A stretch of 64,000 nt of DNA, from contig JBLDXI010000054.1 of the NCBI GenBank assembly GCA_047495785.1, positions 124,001 to 188,000 on the forward strand, in the 5' to 3' direction. Positions 36,636 through 49,555 of the stretch are shown here, piece after piece (within the stretch, counting starts at the first letter, position 1; each line of letters begins with the position of its first letter). Source of the stretch: Lepidodermella squamata (taxonomy: Eukaryota > Animalia > Gastrotricha). The position numbers and the translations under genes are program-made. The notes beneath the pieces were generated by a model. The model was given only the letters and a program-made list of their open reading frames with translations. It ran no database searches and was not told the origin of the DNA.

Positions 36636-37421
36636 GCTTTTGTTCAGTCTGAAATATTTCGACACAATTGCTATGTGATTTAGACCATTGGACGAATATT
36701 TGCCTGATTACCCATTATTACCTGCTGTGAAACCATTAAAAAGCTATTAGCTGGATTTAGAGGGGCGGTGTCTTGTAAGCACCTACACACAAACTGAATA
36801 ACATCCCTTGATTGCATCGCTTTGCATTGCTCCGCCTCCGTTTATACTGTCTACCTCGTACATTACTTATTCATATTTCTGTCAGTTATCAGTTCTCAAA
36901 GAGAGCGAAGTACCGCTAGGGATGGTTGGGATCATCCATGACAGTTCAAGAGGTCCGCAAGGTGAACTCAGTCGAAGGCAAAAGGGGGGACCCTCTCACC
37001 CTCACTCTCTGAGATATCATCTTCAGACAGTAACACGGCTGCAAAATGCGCTGACGAGGGCCTTTCCGATGCGATATGCTGCAGCATGGGCAGTTGTTTG
37101 AGATCCGGTCGTTCCCTGCCAACTCTCGAAAGCACGATCACGAGGAATAGATCGCGCTTCTTTTGCTGTCAAAGGCTTCTCGGAATCCTGATCAGCATGA
37201 ATCAGATTTATTCAGGTAGTCCTGCATCTCCGACTTGAGAATGGACAAAATTGGCAACATTTGGCAAAATGGAATGAGAGTTTCGTCGTTAGAGAGCTAT
37301 TTCATGCAGATATGGAAACGCCGGAGATATACCTCCCATTCGGCTTTCTATCTTGGAAATATTAGTGACTTAATAAACATCTACTTGCACGATGCCACCG
37401 TAAGGGTTAGCCCCTAAATAT

Positions 37422-37601
37422 CGTTAGCGACGCGCCAAAGCAACCACTTTGACGGCTCATTTGATGGACGAGCTGAACGTAAAAAAGGAGTAAGTACTCA
37501 TCGTCGTAATTAGACTTAACGTTCAAGGGTCGAACGTTCTTTCCATAAAAAAAAACTATAAATAGTGAAGTGGCTGTTTCGGCGCGTCGCTAACGCTAAC
37601 G
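37422..37601. mobile_element. MITE with TIR CGTTAGCGACG, 4-bp TSD ATAT
   Basis: CGTTAGCGACGCGCC... / ...GGCGCGTCGCTAACG(CTAACG). ATAT at 37418-37421 and 37602-37605. Confidence 0.75.
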
Positions 37602-37646
37602 ATATGGCTTTTAACTTACACGGCTCTCTCTGAAGGCTCTTTGACA

Positions 37647-38008
37647 TGTTGGGTGATCTTTTATTGAGCTTGCAGTTGCAACCAGAAACCTTCTCTTTGA
37701 CTTGCGCCTGATAGCCTGCGTGCAATGCTCCACATTCGTCGGGACGACAGGGTCCGCGTGTCGGAGTTGGAATCTCGTTGCCGTATCCCGAGTGTCCCTC
37801 GGTTTCTAGAACAGTGCCAGCGCCGTTATGTCGCAAACGCTGCTCAGTTTGTCCTGCCGCTGCGCGAGGATCTCGAGAGCGTCCGCCTGATGGCCCGCCC
37901 CCCTCCGCGCTCGCCCTTCGTGCTGTTGAGCAACAGACGTCCTCGTGGTCCTGTACCCGACTTTTTAGGTTAGGCTCTCGAACACTTTTTTCTTCTTTTT
38001 TTCTAACA
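37647..38008 (-). mobile_element. Probable solo LTR (362 bp)
   Basis: TGTTGG...CTAACA termini, AATAAA on the - strand near the 3' end, flanks TGACA/TGTCA (4 of 5 match), GC-rich body unlike its surroundings. Confidence 0.6.
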
Positions 38009-39244
38009 TGTCATCTGCCCTGCCTCACTCTTCTACGGTGCCGCTTGTATCTCAGCCGTCGCTATCTATGCTCATAGTCCTACTTTTTCCGGTTCCCTTT
38101 GTCTCCAGCGTGGTCTTGCTGTGGCCGCTCCTGTTGTTAATGTTGCCACCTGTAATTCTTTCCCCGTCCTGCCATATTGTCTGTCTTTCAACCTCCTGCC
38201 TTAGATAACTACCCTGTCCCTGATTAGCCCCTTGTTTCCCCATTTACTGTTTCTCATACGCACCGTCGCACACAATATTTGAGACAGCCCTTTATTCAAG
38301 GCCTGACCTTTATTATTTCGAACCCTTCTCAACTCATCACGTGTCGCTATACAACACTTCCAGTCGCTAAGAATTTGCCTCTAAATAGATCGAAATATGC
38401 TTGGCTTTTAACTCGAGGAGAAGGCGATGATGATGATGTCGTAGTAGAATTCGAATTCCTACTATTTATTATTAAGCTTTGTTATTTCGAATGAGTGTGG
38501 GATTATTATTTTGGGCGCCGGCTTATATACGAGGCAGAATTTTATACAAGGCTGACTAACTTTTCGGGCTGTACGGTAATCGGTAATAAAAACGCGCTAA
38601 ACAGCTACAATAACCATAGGCAAATGCGGCGCAATAGGTTGAGTAGCCGCCACATGCTTCTTAGCCTTCGCAGGCTTGCGCCCTTTGGGTTGGAGCAAGG
38701 TAAGGCTCATCAAAGGAGACTGATTTTTCGACCTTGTCGTCTTCTTGTTAGACGCCCCCCCCCCCCCCCCTAACACGACAAAATGGGGATTTATCCCCCT
38801 ATTTCGTCAATTTTGAGAGGTTCTGGAGCGTGTTTTAGTGAACAAAGGCACCCTGAGCATAGGGTATATGCTAGTTGCTAGTGTGGTTTTAGTTTTATTG
38901 AGGCACGGGTTTAACGCTCGCGCCTGCACAATTTGTGCTCACGACATTGGCCGACCGAAGTTAGGATTTTCATCTCTGGTAACTCTATTCTCTATGAACG
39001 CAGTTAATTTCCAAGCAGGCCTGCTGTTTGCAATGAAACGCAAATTTATGCGGATGAAATACACATGTAGATCGTATGAGCTGAGCACATGAGATCGATA
39101 CTGATTGCTTACTCACTCAGTGCTTACTTCTGCCCGATCAGCAAATATTACTATTTTTTTGGTTGCTCATATCCTTCAGCAAATAAAGTTACAGATACTG
39201 GAACTGTAGAATGGTCTGGCAATTCATCTCATTCTCTTGTTCTG

Positions 39245-40399
39245 ATGAAGCGACTCCACATAGCCCTAAAGCTATGCTTTATCATAGGTAACCACCGCCT
39301 AAATGCTCACAATTTGTCCTCCACAGCAACGTATAAGGCCGCTGATATACTGACTGCGAACTGCAACATCGGACCAACCGCTAATTCGCCGACTGAATAC
39401 GACGACCAGTCGACAGCTATCCGTCTTGTCCTTCAGGTTGACAGGTTTTACGGCGTCAACGACGTGGAGGAATCAATCTCATTCAAAGGCGCTCTTCAAA
39501 TGATATGGACAGTTCCCTGTGTTGCGAACTACGTGAACAACCCGGCTAATCAATGGCCAGTAAAATTGAAGATGCTGATGAAAGAACCGCCAGATATGTA
39601 CTGGATACCCCCTGTTGGACTGAGAAACGCAGTCACCCGAATGAATCTCGATACAGCTGACGAAGTGGATGAAGTGTTAACTGTTTATCCGTTTGATGGG
39701 AAATTTATCGGTGGTTACACTGGGCGGTTTATTTACTCGTGTGATCTCGACCTAACTATGTTTCCATTCGACACCCAGACATGTACCGCTGTCATTCATC
39801 AGCGAACAACGACCAATTTCATCGTCATCCAATCAGCGAATTTCCTGAGAATCAGAAGTGAAATAATGGCTAGAAACTCGAATTGGAGGATGATTGCCAA
39901 CTCGACTGCGATTGATGATTTCAAAGTGGAAAATTTGGGCACGCTAAGGCAAGCAAGTTTTACGATGGTTTTGAAGCGAAGAGCCGACTACTACATGCTG
40001 AATATGTTCGCGCCAAGTTTCGTCCTATCCACGCTGGAAATCGCAGCTTTTGGAATCCCGGCAACTGAGCCTGACCGAGCTTCATTCGCCTGTTCAGTTA
40101 TGCTGTCGATTTTCGTGCTTCAAGGCCTGTTTTCTGGGGCTGTCCCACAGTCACCCAGGCCTATCGTCACTTCTTACTACGTTCTCGGAGTAATCATGTT
40201 CGCTATGGGTTGCTCGACCTATGCAGCTATCATGTGTGGCTACTGCATAATGTTCGAAAAACGGGCAAACAAAATTGTAAAATTTTGTGGCTTTGAATTG
40301 CGTGCCTTTGTTGTTATCGACATTGTTGCTTTCATCATTTTCTTTTCGTCTTACATTCTGTTCAATGTTGTCGTTACTTTCTACCTAGCATGCGCTTAG
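39245..40399 (+). CDS. Short-form single-exon Cys-loop ligand-gated ion channel (LGIC-S)
   Basis: Likely start MKRLHIALKLCFIIG (the ORF is open from 39089). YWIP, Cys-loop CDLDLTMFPFDTQTC, LKRRADYY-M1, M2 EPDRASFACSVML, four TM helices. Confidence 0.88.
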   Translation: MKRLHIALKLCFIIGNHRLNAHNLSSTATYKAADILTANCNIGPTANSPTEYDDQSTAIRLVLQVDRFYGVNDVEESISFKGALQMIWTVPCVANYVNNPANQWPVKLKMLMKEPPDMYWIPPVGLRNAVTRMNLDTADEVDEVLTVYPFDGKFIGGYTGRFIYSCDLDLTMFPFDTQTCTAVIHQRTTTNFIVIQSANFLRIRSEIMARNSNWRMIANSTAIDDFKVENLGTLRQASFTMVLKRRADYYMLNMFAPSFVLSTLEIAAFGIPATEPDRASFACSVMLSIFVLQGLFSGAVPQSPRPIVTSYYVLGVIMFAMGCSTYAAIMCGYCIMFEKRANKIVKFCGFELRAFVVIDIVAFIIFFSSYILFNVVVTFYLACA

Positions 40400-42122
40400 C
40401 GTGCAAGACGACATGCTAATCGACTTCTAGTCAACTTGCCTGTTTCACTTTCTAAATAAAAACGCTTGTGTTTAGCCTGTTCGTCCAAAGTGAAATGACT
40501 AATAAATGAAAGGTTTATTTTCGTCCACCAGTTGAAGAACAAAGAACAAAGAGGTCAACAACATTTATACCCTTGTGGGTTTTGTGGAAGGCGCCGGCGA
40601 TCAGCTCGAGTCCGACGGCTCAGTTGCAAACAGCCTGCCTTTTCCCAAAAAATTCATAATTCTCATCCCGATCTCTGGCTGTTATCTCAGCTATTTCTTA
40701 CCATTTCTAGATCTTATCATTTGAGCCGCAACAAGTGAGAAGCGCCTGTTCGTTAATACCTCATAACCTCAGAAACATGCGTCAAGTTTGGGCCTGTTTT
40801 GTAGAATTTATAGAAAATCAAGGTGAGCTCATAAATTGATGAAAAAATGCTGGTAGCCCTGGGATACAGATGTGAAGCCCCAGGATGTTACCTGGAATTT
40901 TCCGAGCTCACCTTTATTTTTTAAAAACGTTGGATTGATTGCTTGAATTTTTGGCCTTAATCTTAAATGCAGCGAGCCACACTCAAATGACTCACCATTA
41001 CTATTTTTGCTATTATTGTATCATATTATTGTATTATTATTTTTGGCAATATAATTGAAATCGGTCCGACAGAAATATATTTTTAGCATAAAATTGGCTA
41101 AAAAAAATAAATTAACGAGTTATCAAGTTATTTGTGGTAACTATCAAGGCTCAAGGCGTTGGGGACCCATTTATCACCTGATAAGCAAGTATAACGTGTT
41201 TACATTTTGCTCGATTTTAACACGGGTTGGTTGGCTATCATCTCGAGCTTTTGGTTTTCAACATTTTTCACCGCCAAAAATGAGTTAACACGGGTCTAGG
41301 GACGTGTTAATACATTTTTTGCAAAGAAATGTCACGAGTTTACTCATTCGGTCCAGCACGAGTTGGCCCGGTAGCTAAAGGGTTAATGATTGTTGAATTA
41401 AAAAGACTGATTTTCGTGTTTTCTCTCGAAAAGGACTAATCAGATGAGCACCATTGATTGAAGACGACCCTGAGGTTGAAGAAAGTGATCAGCTCGTAAT
41501 CATTAGCTAAAAACGCGATTATTTTCATTCTTCACTAATTTCAGACCACACTTCCGAAAATCAGCTCTGAGATGGCATGGCAAAGAAAATGTCCGGCCAA
41601 ATTTCTTGACTATGCCTCCGGAAAGCATATGTTCAGCTTGCTTCAGCTGTCGCGTAGTAATAGTTGCTTATCGCAGATCGCAGCCTGCCTCGTAGTTCAA
41701 ACAAGCCGAGGCAGCTGGAATCTTTGCATATCGATGCCCGCGTTATTATCACCAAGACAATATTCTTCGATGCTTTTCACACGCAGTAAAAAACAGCTAA
41801 AAACCAGAATATCGCATGAAACAGTTATGGTAAGAAGTAACTGGGATATGACGCATGGTTAAGCCTACTTTTCGACGGCAAAATTATATCATGTAATAAT
41901 TTTCTCGAATTCGGAACAAGCGTAGGCTTAATGATTGATGCAGCTGAAATCTTTGCACTGATGCCGGCGATTACCAGGACAATATTCTTAAATGTTGTTT
42001 ACTTGCGGCAAAAACAGCCCAAAACCACGTGGCAGAGCCGACAAAAGCTGACAGATTCCGTTCATTTTGTTCAATTAACGGCGTATTTCCTAAAAGAAAT
42101 AGCAGATCATTTTTTGTTGATT

Positions 42123-42915
42123 ATGTTTTCGAAGCTCATTACTCTTTTCGCTTTAGTCGCCTCAATTGGTGGGTGATAAATTGGGGTCTTCTAATTGTTA
42201 GCAGCTAACTGCTTTCTTTCGTACATTTCAGATGCTGTTCTCCCGCCATTGGACTTCGACGAGGTGAAATACGCATGCGGCTCAGTCTACTCAACGCTTA
42301 AAAATGGCACAGTCGAAACCTGCAACAGTGCCTGCTACTGGGCGGGCTCGGAATGCCTCGGCTACGCTTACAGCGCGACCAAGAAAACTTGCCAGTTGAG
42401 TTCGCAGTGCGCTAAGACGAACTCGAGCGTTCCGAGCGGCTTCAAGGTCTTCGCTAAGAATGCCGGTAAGTAAAGCTTAGCGCAATACGTCGCAGACGGC
42501 ACGAAAATAGGGGAACAGCGATGAAAAACTTGATAGGGTGAATAAATTTGTGTGTTCGCCGTTGCTCACCGAAATTACTTGAAAAAAGAGTATATTAACA
42601 AATTCGATTTCACCCCTGTGATCTCCCATCTTCGTGCCGGTCAGTGATAGAAGGGATAAGAACGCAGGGTATCTTGATAATTTTCGGTTTTTAGAGCTAA
42701 GCAAGTTCACCATAGACCAGGACACATGCCAGCACCGTTGTTACGCCTTTTACAAGTTTGACACGTCTGCGAAATGCGCTGCGAAATGTCTTGAAGATGG
42801 GAAGAAATGCCAAAGGATGCAATTCAATTTATTGACAAAAAAATGCTATCTCTCAGCGTGCGACGAAAATCCTAATATCGCCCACTTTAGTCATAGATGG
42901 CTTACTGATTTGTAG
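42123..42915 (+). CDS. Double PAN/apple-like secreted protein (PAN-2), 3 exons
   Basis: Paralog of 30246-31095 with the same exon layout. CNSACYWAGSECLGYAY..CQL and CAAKCLEDGKKCQRMQF..CYL. Confidence 0.8.
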
Positions 42916-43284
42916 TAACACAGACGGATGAAGAACAGCCCAGTTATCTCGGCATGGTGAGTCGTTGTTGTGATGTCGAGAGGTCGTTGAAACAATAATA
43001 AAACGAAGAGCAAAAGATATACCAGAGCTATTACATCCTTTCCCGAAAATACATGGCTTGAGGCGAGCTGACACCTTTACAGATTTGAATCCATTTTTTT
43101 ATGATGGGAACACCCTCGAGTCAAGTAATCCAAATAAGTATTTAAGAAGGAAATATATTTTGTAAATAGTTGTAAATAGAGCGTAAATAGGAGCGTGGAG
43201 TTTCAAGGTGAATAATGTTGAGTAGATAACATCAGAAGCAATCATATGTTTTAAAAAAAATGTCTTTTTTCAAACGAAATTCGT

Positions 43285-46200
43285 TCAGAGATCACCGAGC
43301 CGCGAATCATTGCAATCGTGCTTTTGCGAACCGTCCTGACAATCGCACAACATATATAGGCATCGTTTGGCCCCTGTACAATCGCATATCGCTGGAAAAA
43401 TGAAAAAGTTTCAACCTTTAATCAGACAATCTATTAGACAGCATTTTCCGTTTCATGAATTCAAAGTGAAATATGACGCGACAAGTGAAAACAGTACCTT
43501 ACGCATTTGAGAGAAATGTTCTTAGTTGGTCTTAGTTGGTCATTAAAACCACTTAAATGAGGCGTTCAGTATATGGTACTAAAAAAAATAAACCTTTTAA
43601 GCAATCGGCACCAGTTCTCCATTTGTCAAAACAAGTACATGTGTTCGTGTTCGGTGCAGTGCAGTAAGCAGTAGTAGAGCAAATAACCGATCCGCAAATT
43701 TCTGCGAACTCCGCGAATCATAATGAGCTCTAGAGTTTACTAACAACTTCAATACTCACGCCTGTTGCAAGAAGCTCCAGTCCAACCGGCTTTGCAGGCG
43801 CACATATTTGTTCCGTAACAGTTCCCGTTTTTACATGGAGGATCGCATTTAGGCTTATCGACTATAATTTTACAGAATAAGAAATTAGAACCCGACAGAG
43901 TAGACAGTTTCTTACAAAATTTGAACGTGCGAAGGTCAACCATTCTAATAGGATTCGCGGAGCCGAAATTTCCACCATAGACATGAATTATGGGATGTTC
44001 CATGGTAGGATCGATGGGCAAGAGCCCTGGCGAGTCGATATTGCTGTAAATCGCAGTGCATTGGGTTGACGAACAAATATCAGCTGACAGCTTCGTCCCC
44101 CATCTAACAACAATGCCAACACTGATGCGCCCTCTCGCCAGTTCCTTGCCAAAGCTCACAACGTTCGTGGTGCCGACGACTGCTCGAGTCGGGGACGAGA
44201 AAAGGCTGAAGCGTTGATAATAGCCGTTGTAATTCAGAGTAAAGCCGGCGAAATTGTTGTTATCGATTGGCTTGAAAGTGCCAGGGACAGAGTAGTTGAA
44301 TGACGAATTCGATATAACCGATATCGAGAAAATGTCTAGGGTGGATCCTACAGCCCCATCGAGATGCATTGTCACATTTATAGAAAAATCAGCAACCATG
44401 AAGTACTCGAGGAAGAAATCGTATAATTTCAAATATTCAATCTATTCAACCAGCAGCTTACTTTCCGGCTTGACAGCTTCCCTTCGGTGTTGAGCGCGTT
44501 CGAGGCAAGAACTATCTCGTTGTTAGGGCCGACATTGGTATAGACTGATGAACTGGCATATGCCCAGTTATTTTCTACAAAATATAGCACAGCGAGTTCG
44601 AAATTTTGATGCCTTGAGCGAGAAGTTACGATAATTTCCGTCGTTAAGATAGGAAAAATCGGGCGAAAATGTTCTTGGATCAAACAGCGGCATTCCGATG
44701 GCTGTTTATATCGCAATAATTACATGAAGTTTTCGAGAAGGGAAATGTATCAAACCTTGAGAGCAATCGGCCCCTGTGAATCGAGCCAGGCATGTGCAAG
44801 TATTGGTTGCGTTGTTGCAAAACCCATTTCGCTGCAGGCACGTTGGAACGCAAACTGAAAACCGCAAAAGAATTCAAATGTTTTCAAAGATTTGAAATGG
44901 TTTTAATGTTTAGAAATTATTCATCCAGTGCAGTAGACAAATGAAACATCGAACATCAATAACTTTGCGCCTTCAAAGCCAGCAAAACTGCAGCGCTACG
45001 CAATACGAATTGCTTGTCACAATTTGCTATCATTTCTAGCATAAATTAAAATTATTATGGCGTAATATCATCAAATTATGTCTGACTTGGTTCGGTTGAA
45101 TACATGTGAATAATATATTTTTATTACATTACAGAAACTGGGTTTGACATTTTTCCAATGATGTCTTTGCATTACTGCACTGGGAGTCCACACAGAGTCT
45201 GGGTGGACAGAGAACCTTAAACTATAACTATTTCATATGGAATATGGAAGCGAAAAAGTTGAGAAAAGTTAGGCCGAGCAAGCGCAGTATTAGCAAATCA
45301 ACAGGGGGGACCCTTACGTTTTTCAGAAATTTTCGAACGCCAGGGGGGTTTGTTTACCCCCCTTCCCCCCCGTACTCGGAGCACTGGAAATGAAGAAAGC
45401 TAATTCTGAAGAGAAGGTGATGAAGGTGACTCTACCTAGGAATCCGTCTGGGTGTTACCGTATTTCATCAAATAATAGCCATGGCTACTATTTTTTCCGA
45501 AACTCCGAAAATGGTCCAAAAAAGAGGCAATTATTCGAGGGGGCTATTATTCGATTATTTATTTATTATTATTATTTATTGGCAATTGGCAAATTTCATC
45601 ATCGCAAGTCGTTTGCGCTGTTGAATTCTCTGTTTTTTGACCCATGCTGCTTATTAATCCTCGATATCAACAAACAACGGCTTACGTCCACCAACTAAAT
45701 TGAAAACTTTGAGTGTTATGAAGCATCAGGGTCGTCAACTGTAAGAAGCTAAGAGGGAAAACACCAAGAAGCCACCCAATGGTCATCACATTTCGGCCAG
45801 AAAATTTCCCCGAGTTCGAGGATCCTACTTCACGCAGTGGCTAAGACTCTGCAGTCGAAAAAGAGATGGTGATTTGAATCGAATAGCGAATATAATTACA
45901 AAAATTTGCGACAGGTTACCATGAATGTACTTAGTTAGCGATATAAGACGAGCGGGTGACTAATGAACGGGAAAAAAAACCGGATGCGGCCTTCGCAGAT
46001 GAGGCATGGCGTTGAGGTTGATAAATTTACCACGTAGATATTGCTTTTTGCTATAATATTAGTATAATCCGCAGGAAATAAACCTTGCGGGCACCTTCGA
46101 TAATCGAATATATCGATATATCGAAGGTTCCCGCAAATGGTGTCCATTGTCACATTTAATTAGTATGTTATGAGGGAAGTACAGGGAATGAGATATTCTC

Positions 46201-46286
46201 AGCCGAGATGTGTTAAAAAAACACTTACTTCCCAGACTAGCAGAAATCAACGCGAAAAGAATCTTGAATCGTAATAACCTCTTCAT
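43285..46286 (-). CDS. Secreted EGF + beta-sandwich + EGF-repeat protein (EGF-2)
   Basis: Signal exon MKRLLRFKILFALISASLG (46286-46229), ~1.4-kb first intron, then exons collinear with 27219-29134. Stop at 43285. Confidence 0.78.
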
Positions 46287-48205
46287 CTTCCAAGGTAAAT
46301 GGTGCTAAAGAGCAGGAAAATTATTGCTCAATCAGTGATGCGTACGCCTTGCGATTTTGCGATATAACTTGTCGGGCTGTCGATTGGTTGCCACATGTCG
46401 ACCCCACGCATTCAATCTGGCGTAGACCACGTGTGTACCCGACATATCGATAATGAGGAAGCTTTCTGTTCCGAAAATAGATGAAACAATGCAAGCTTAA
46501 GCGCTTGCTGCCATCGCAGTTATGGATTTCAGCTATATTTTGCCGCGTACAATTCACGCTTTCACCGCGCCTCTCCGCTAATCAAACGCCTACATCTCGC
46601 AATTTTGCTAGCGCTCGAACCCTCGATTTTCTAAGAAAAATTGAGCGATGTAAATCGTGCTAATGTATGTATGCGGCTTTTCTCTCTTTATGCGTGATTT
46701 TTCATCTGTTGGGCGGTGAGGTTGCATTAATTGAAATAAAATCTTGCGCGGCTAGTAACTTTGACGCCGTTGACTAGTTCTACCCACCCTAAAATGCAAT
46801 TTTCTCCTATGTGAGTTCTTAGCAGCCTTGGAGTAAGAGTATTCTGTTTAAACACCAACCAGTATAAAACGGCCTATACCGGTTTTTCAAAAAGCGATTT
46901 TTTTGAGTGTTTTTTGGTTTTCAGCCAGCCAGAAGTCGTCTAAGAGTCATTAGTCATCATGTCCCCAGGATCAATACCGCACAACTGAACTACTTTGGAA
47001 AGCCAAATCGATTTGGCTAAATTTTGAAAAATTGATCACTCAATCAGTGCCCAATAATCGATAATCGATGGCCGTGTGATACGTCAAACTATGCAGTTTT
47101 TCACGTAGAATCACTTGGTGCTATTCAAATCTCTACATGACTAAGTGCTAGCAAGCTTTCGTTATGTCAAATAATACATTTCAGTGATTTTTGCATATAA
47201 TTAAAAAACCGTTCGATGTATTTTACCCTGCCTGGAGTCGTGGCAGTCAAGAGCGAAACTAAGGGAAAATTTGTAACTGGGCAGAGGCCTTAACCCTTTC
47301 TGCTCTGACTGGGTGGCGGCATTAGCCTCGGCCATAGATCCTTCTCTACACCTGGCCGCATTATCAACATAGGCAGTCGGCAAATATCCACTTCGGCTGG
47401 CAATATCCGAGCTTAGCCGCATTTTGCTGTCCTTATTGATAGTGTGGTGCCAATAGGGTTGGCAGTTTTTCAGATTTATTGTTTCAAGTCCATCCAACAT
47501 TAAATATTAAGTTGCTCTCGGACCAAGCAGTTAGCAGGGCTAGCAGTTAGCAGTCCTGCAGGCTGCAGTTTTCACCTGCTTGAATGTTCGCAAGAGTACA
47601 CTAACAACCTTTTTTTAAGCTGATTCTCCAATTTTCCATCGCATTTTCGGAATCCTCAGTTTAAACAATATGTCGCTCGTCACGTACATAGTGTGAAAAC
47701 GCTTATTTTGTGGGCGATTCTGAAGAAAAGTGAGACCAGGCTGAACTTTGGCCTTTCAACAGTGGACAGTTGGCGAAAGTGGAGCCGATTCTTCAGCAAG
47801 ATTTACAAGTTCCACCAATATGTAATTTCCTATGGCGCAATTTTGGCAACACTATGACGGTTATACGTTATACTGTGACATCGAAAGGAGAAGAAATGTG
47901 TCACGCACATAACAAAGTGAGACAGTGATCAACATGAAACAGTAGAGCTATCCTTTTCATCTTAATAAAAAAATGTTCTCATTTTTACTTATAATGAAAT
48001 AGGCGTTAATTATTATAGCGAGCAGCCTGGACTGACTCACGCATCGACAGATCGCCTACTTAACGCATGTGATAAATTTAGCAAAAGCAAACAAAAAAGC
48101 CGGAATAAGAGGCGGAGCGGCGTGTACAAACAATAACAACTCCCAGTAGTGGAGTTGGAACCTTCTTGCTCTAACTCGTTTCATTTTACATTAATTTGTT
48201 CTCAA

Positions 48206-49555
48206 ATGCCGGTCTCATTCGTAGCTTTAATTCTTGCAGCTGCCATGCAGCAGGGTGAGTATTGTCGACGAAAACTGTATGTAGAACTAATGTTTTAATA
48301 TTTGAAAGCATACGCCGTCATCTACACGGCTCCTGTGACAAGCATTGGCTGGAATGTAAGAGAGGATTTTGTGAAGTATTTAGTTCATTTCAGTCATTTC
48401 TGTTCCCGAACAGAAATTCGCGCCTTACAATGTGATGGTCACTTTTGGAACCCCTGGACAGACATTTCCCTTGATGGTAGATTCCGGCTCAAAGTCATTT
48501 CAAGTCGCTACCGCTCAGTATGCCCAAACCCTCACAACTGGAATCACTGGATTCGATACCAGTTCATCCTCAACCTGGAAGGACCTTTCAAGCACGTATC
48601 CTGCCAGTCAACTGACATACGGCAGCGCTAGCCTGCAGTGCTCGTTCGGGAGTGACACTGCTGCGCTAGGAAACTTCAAAGTCGCTTCGACAGTCATTGC
48701 CCTCGCAACTGGAACCGTTAGCGGCGCTCCTCCTAGTGGCCACTGTGGTGTCATCGGAATGGGCTGGCAGAACTACACGCAGCCATGCGCGAAGAACTAC
48801 CCTTCTTGCATTCTGCCGAACCTTATCTCAACGGCAGTTGCTGGAGGAAACCTCCCTATTTGGACCATTTATCTTACAGCTGCCTCAAACGCGACTGCGG
48901 GAGGTTTGAACGTCGGAACCATTGATAACTCTCAGTTCACTGGTTCGCTGGTTTATAGCCCAGTCACCCCCTACGGCGTGTCAAATACAAAGTGGTTTGT
49001 CTCACTGAACAAGATCTCGGTAGGTTCCTTTTTAAGTCCAAACTACTATGTTCATCATGATCTCTCAATAAGGTGAATGGTAAAGCTGTCGCATGCCAGG
49101 ACGGATCCTGCTCTGTTCTTCCTGATACTGGTACCACAGGTGCTATCAACTTCCCAACTGTTCAAATGGCTGTAACTGTCGCCCAGGCTCTCGGTGCCAC
49201 TCAACAATGCACTCTGCCCTCTTGCCAAGATACCGCCACGTACTTCAACTCTTCGAACTGGGGCTGGCCTTGCGGGTCCAATCTCGCGTCTCTGCCTAGC
49301 TTCACCTTCGATTTCAATGGCGGAAGTGTCACTGTCCCGCCGGCTGTTTACCTGGGTCTCGCTGAGTTATCTTGGCATAGTGGTTTCTGCCCTCTTGGTG
49401 GAGGATACGGCGGCGTTTTCGGCGTGTATGCAAACACCTTGAACCAAATCGTTCTGGGCAAGCCTGTTATTCAGCGCTACTACAATGTTTTCGATGTTGG
49501 AAATGCTCGCTGGGGCTTCGCTCCCGTTGTTGGACTTCCGTCCTACATGCAGTAA
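48206..49555 (+). CDS. Secreted pepsin-family (A1) aspartic protease, 4 exons (Asp-2)
   Basis: ATG at 48206, DSGS and DTGT catalytic motifs. Intron 49020-49072 joins ORFs 48432-49076 and 49073-49555. Confidence 0.9.

Noticed and set aside
36880-37350. Possible degenerate gag fragment on the - strand (AEWEVYLRRF)
   Set aside because: Only one short motif and no continuous frame.
38500-38580. Tc2/pogo-like single ends (…TACGGTA here, TACCGTATTT at ~45456)
   Set aside because: No matching partner end was identified, so boundaries are unsupported.
47201-47500. 99-aa ORF with a faint TnpB/Fanzor N-terminal resemblance (LPTAYVDNAAR)
   Set aside because: No RuvC or zinc-finger motifs or element ends nearby. 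The resemblance is too weak without an HMM search.
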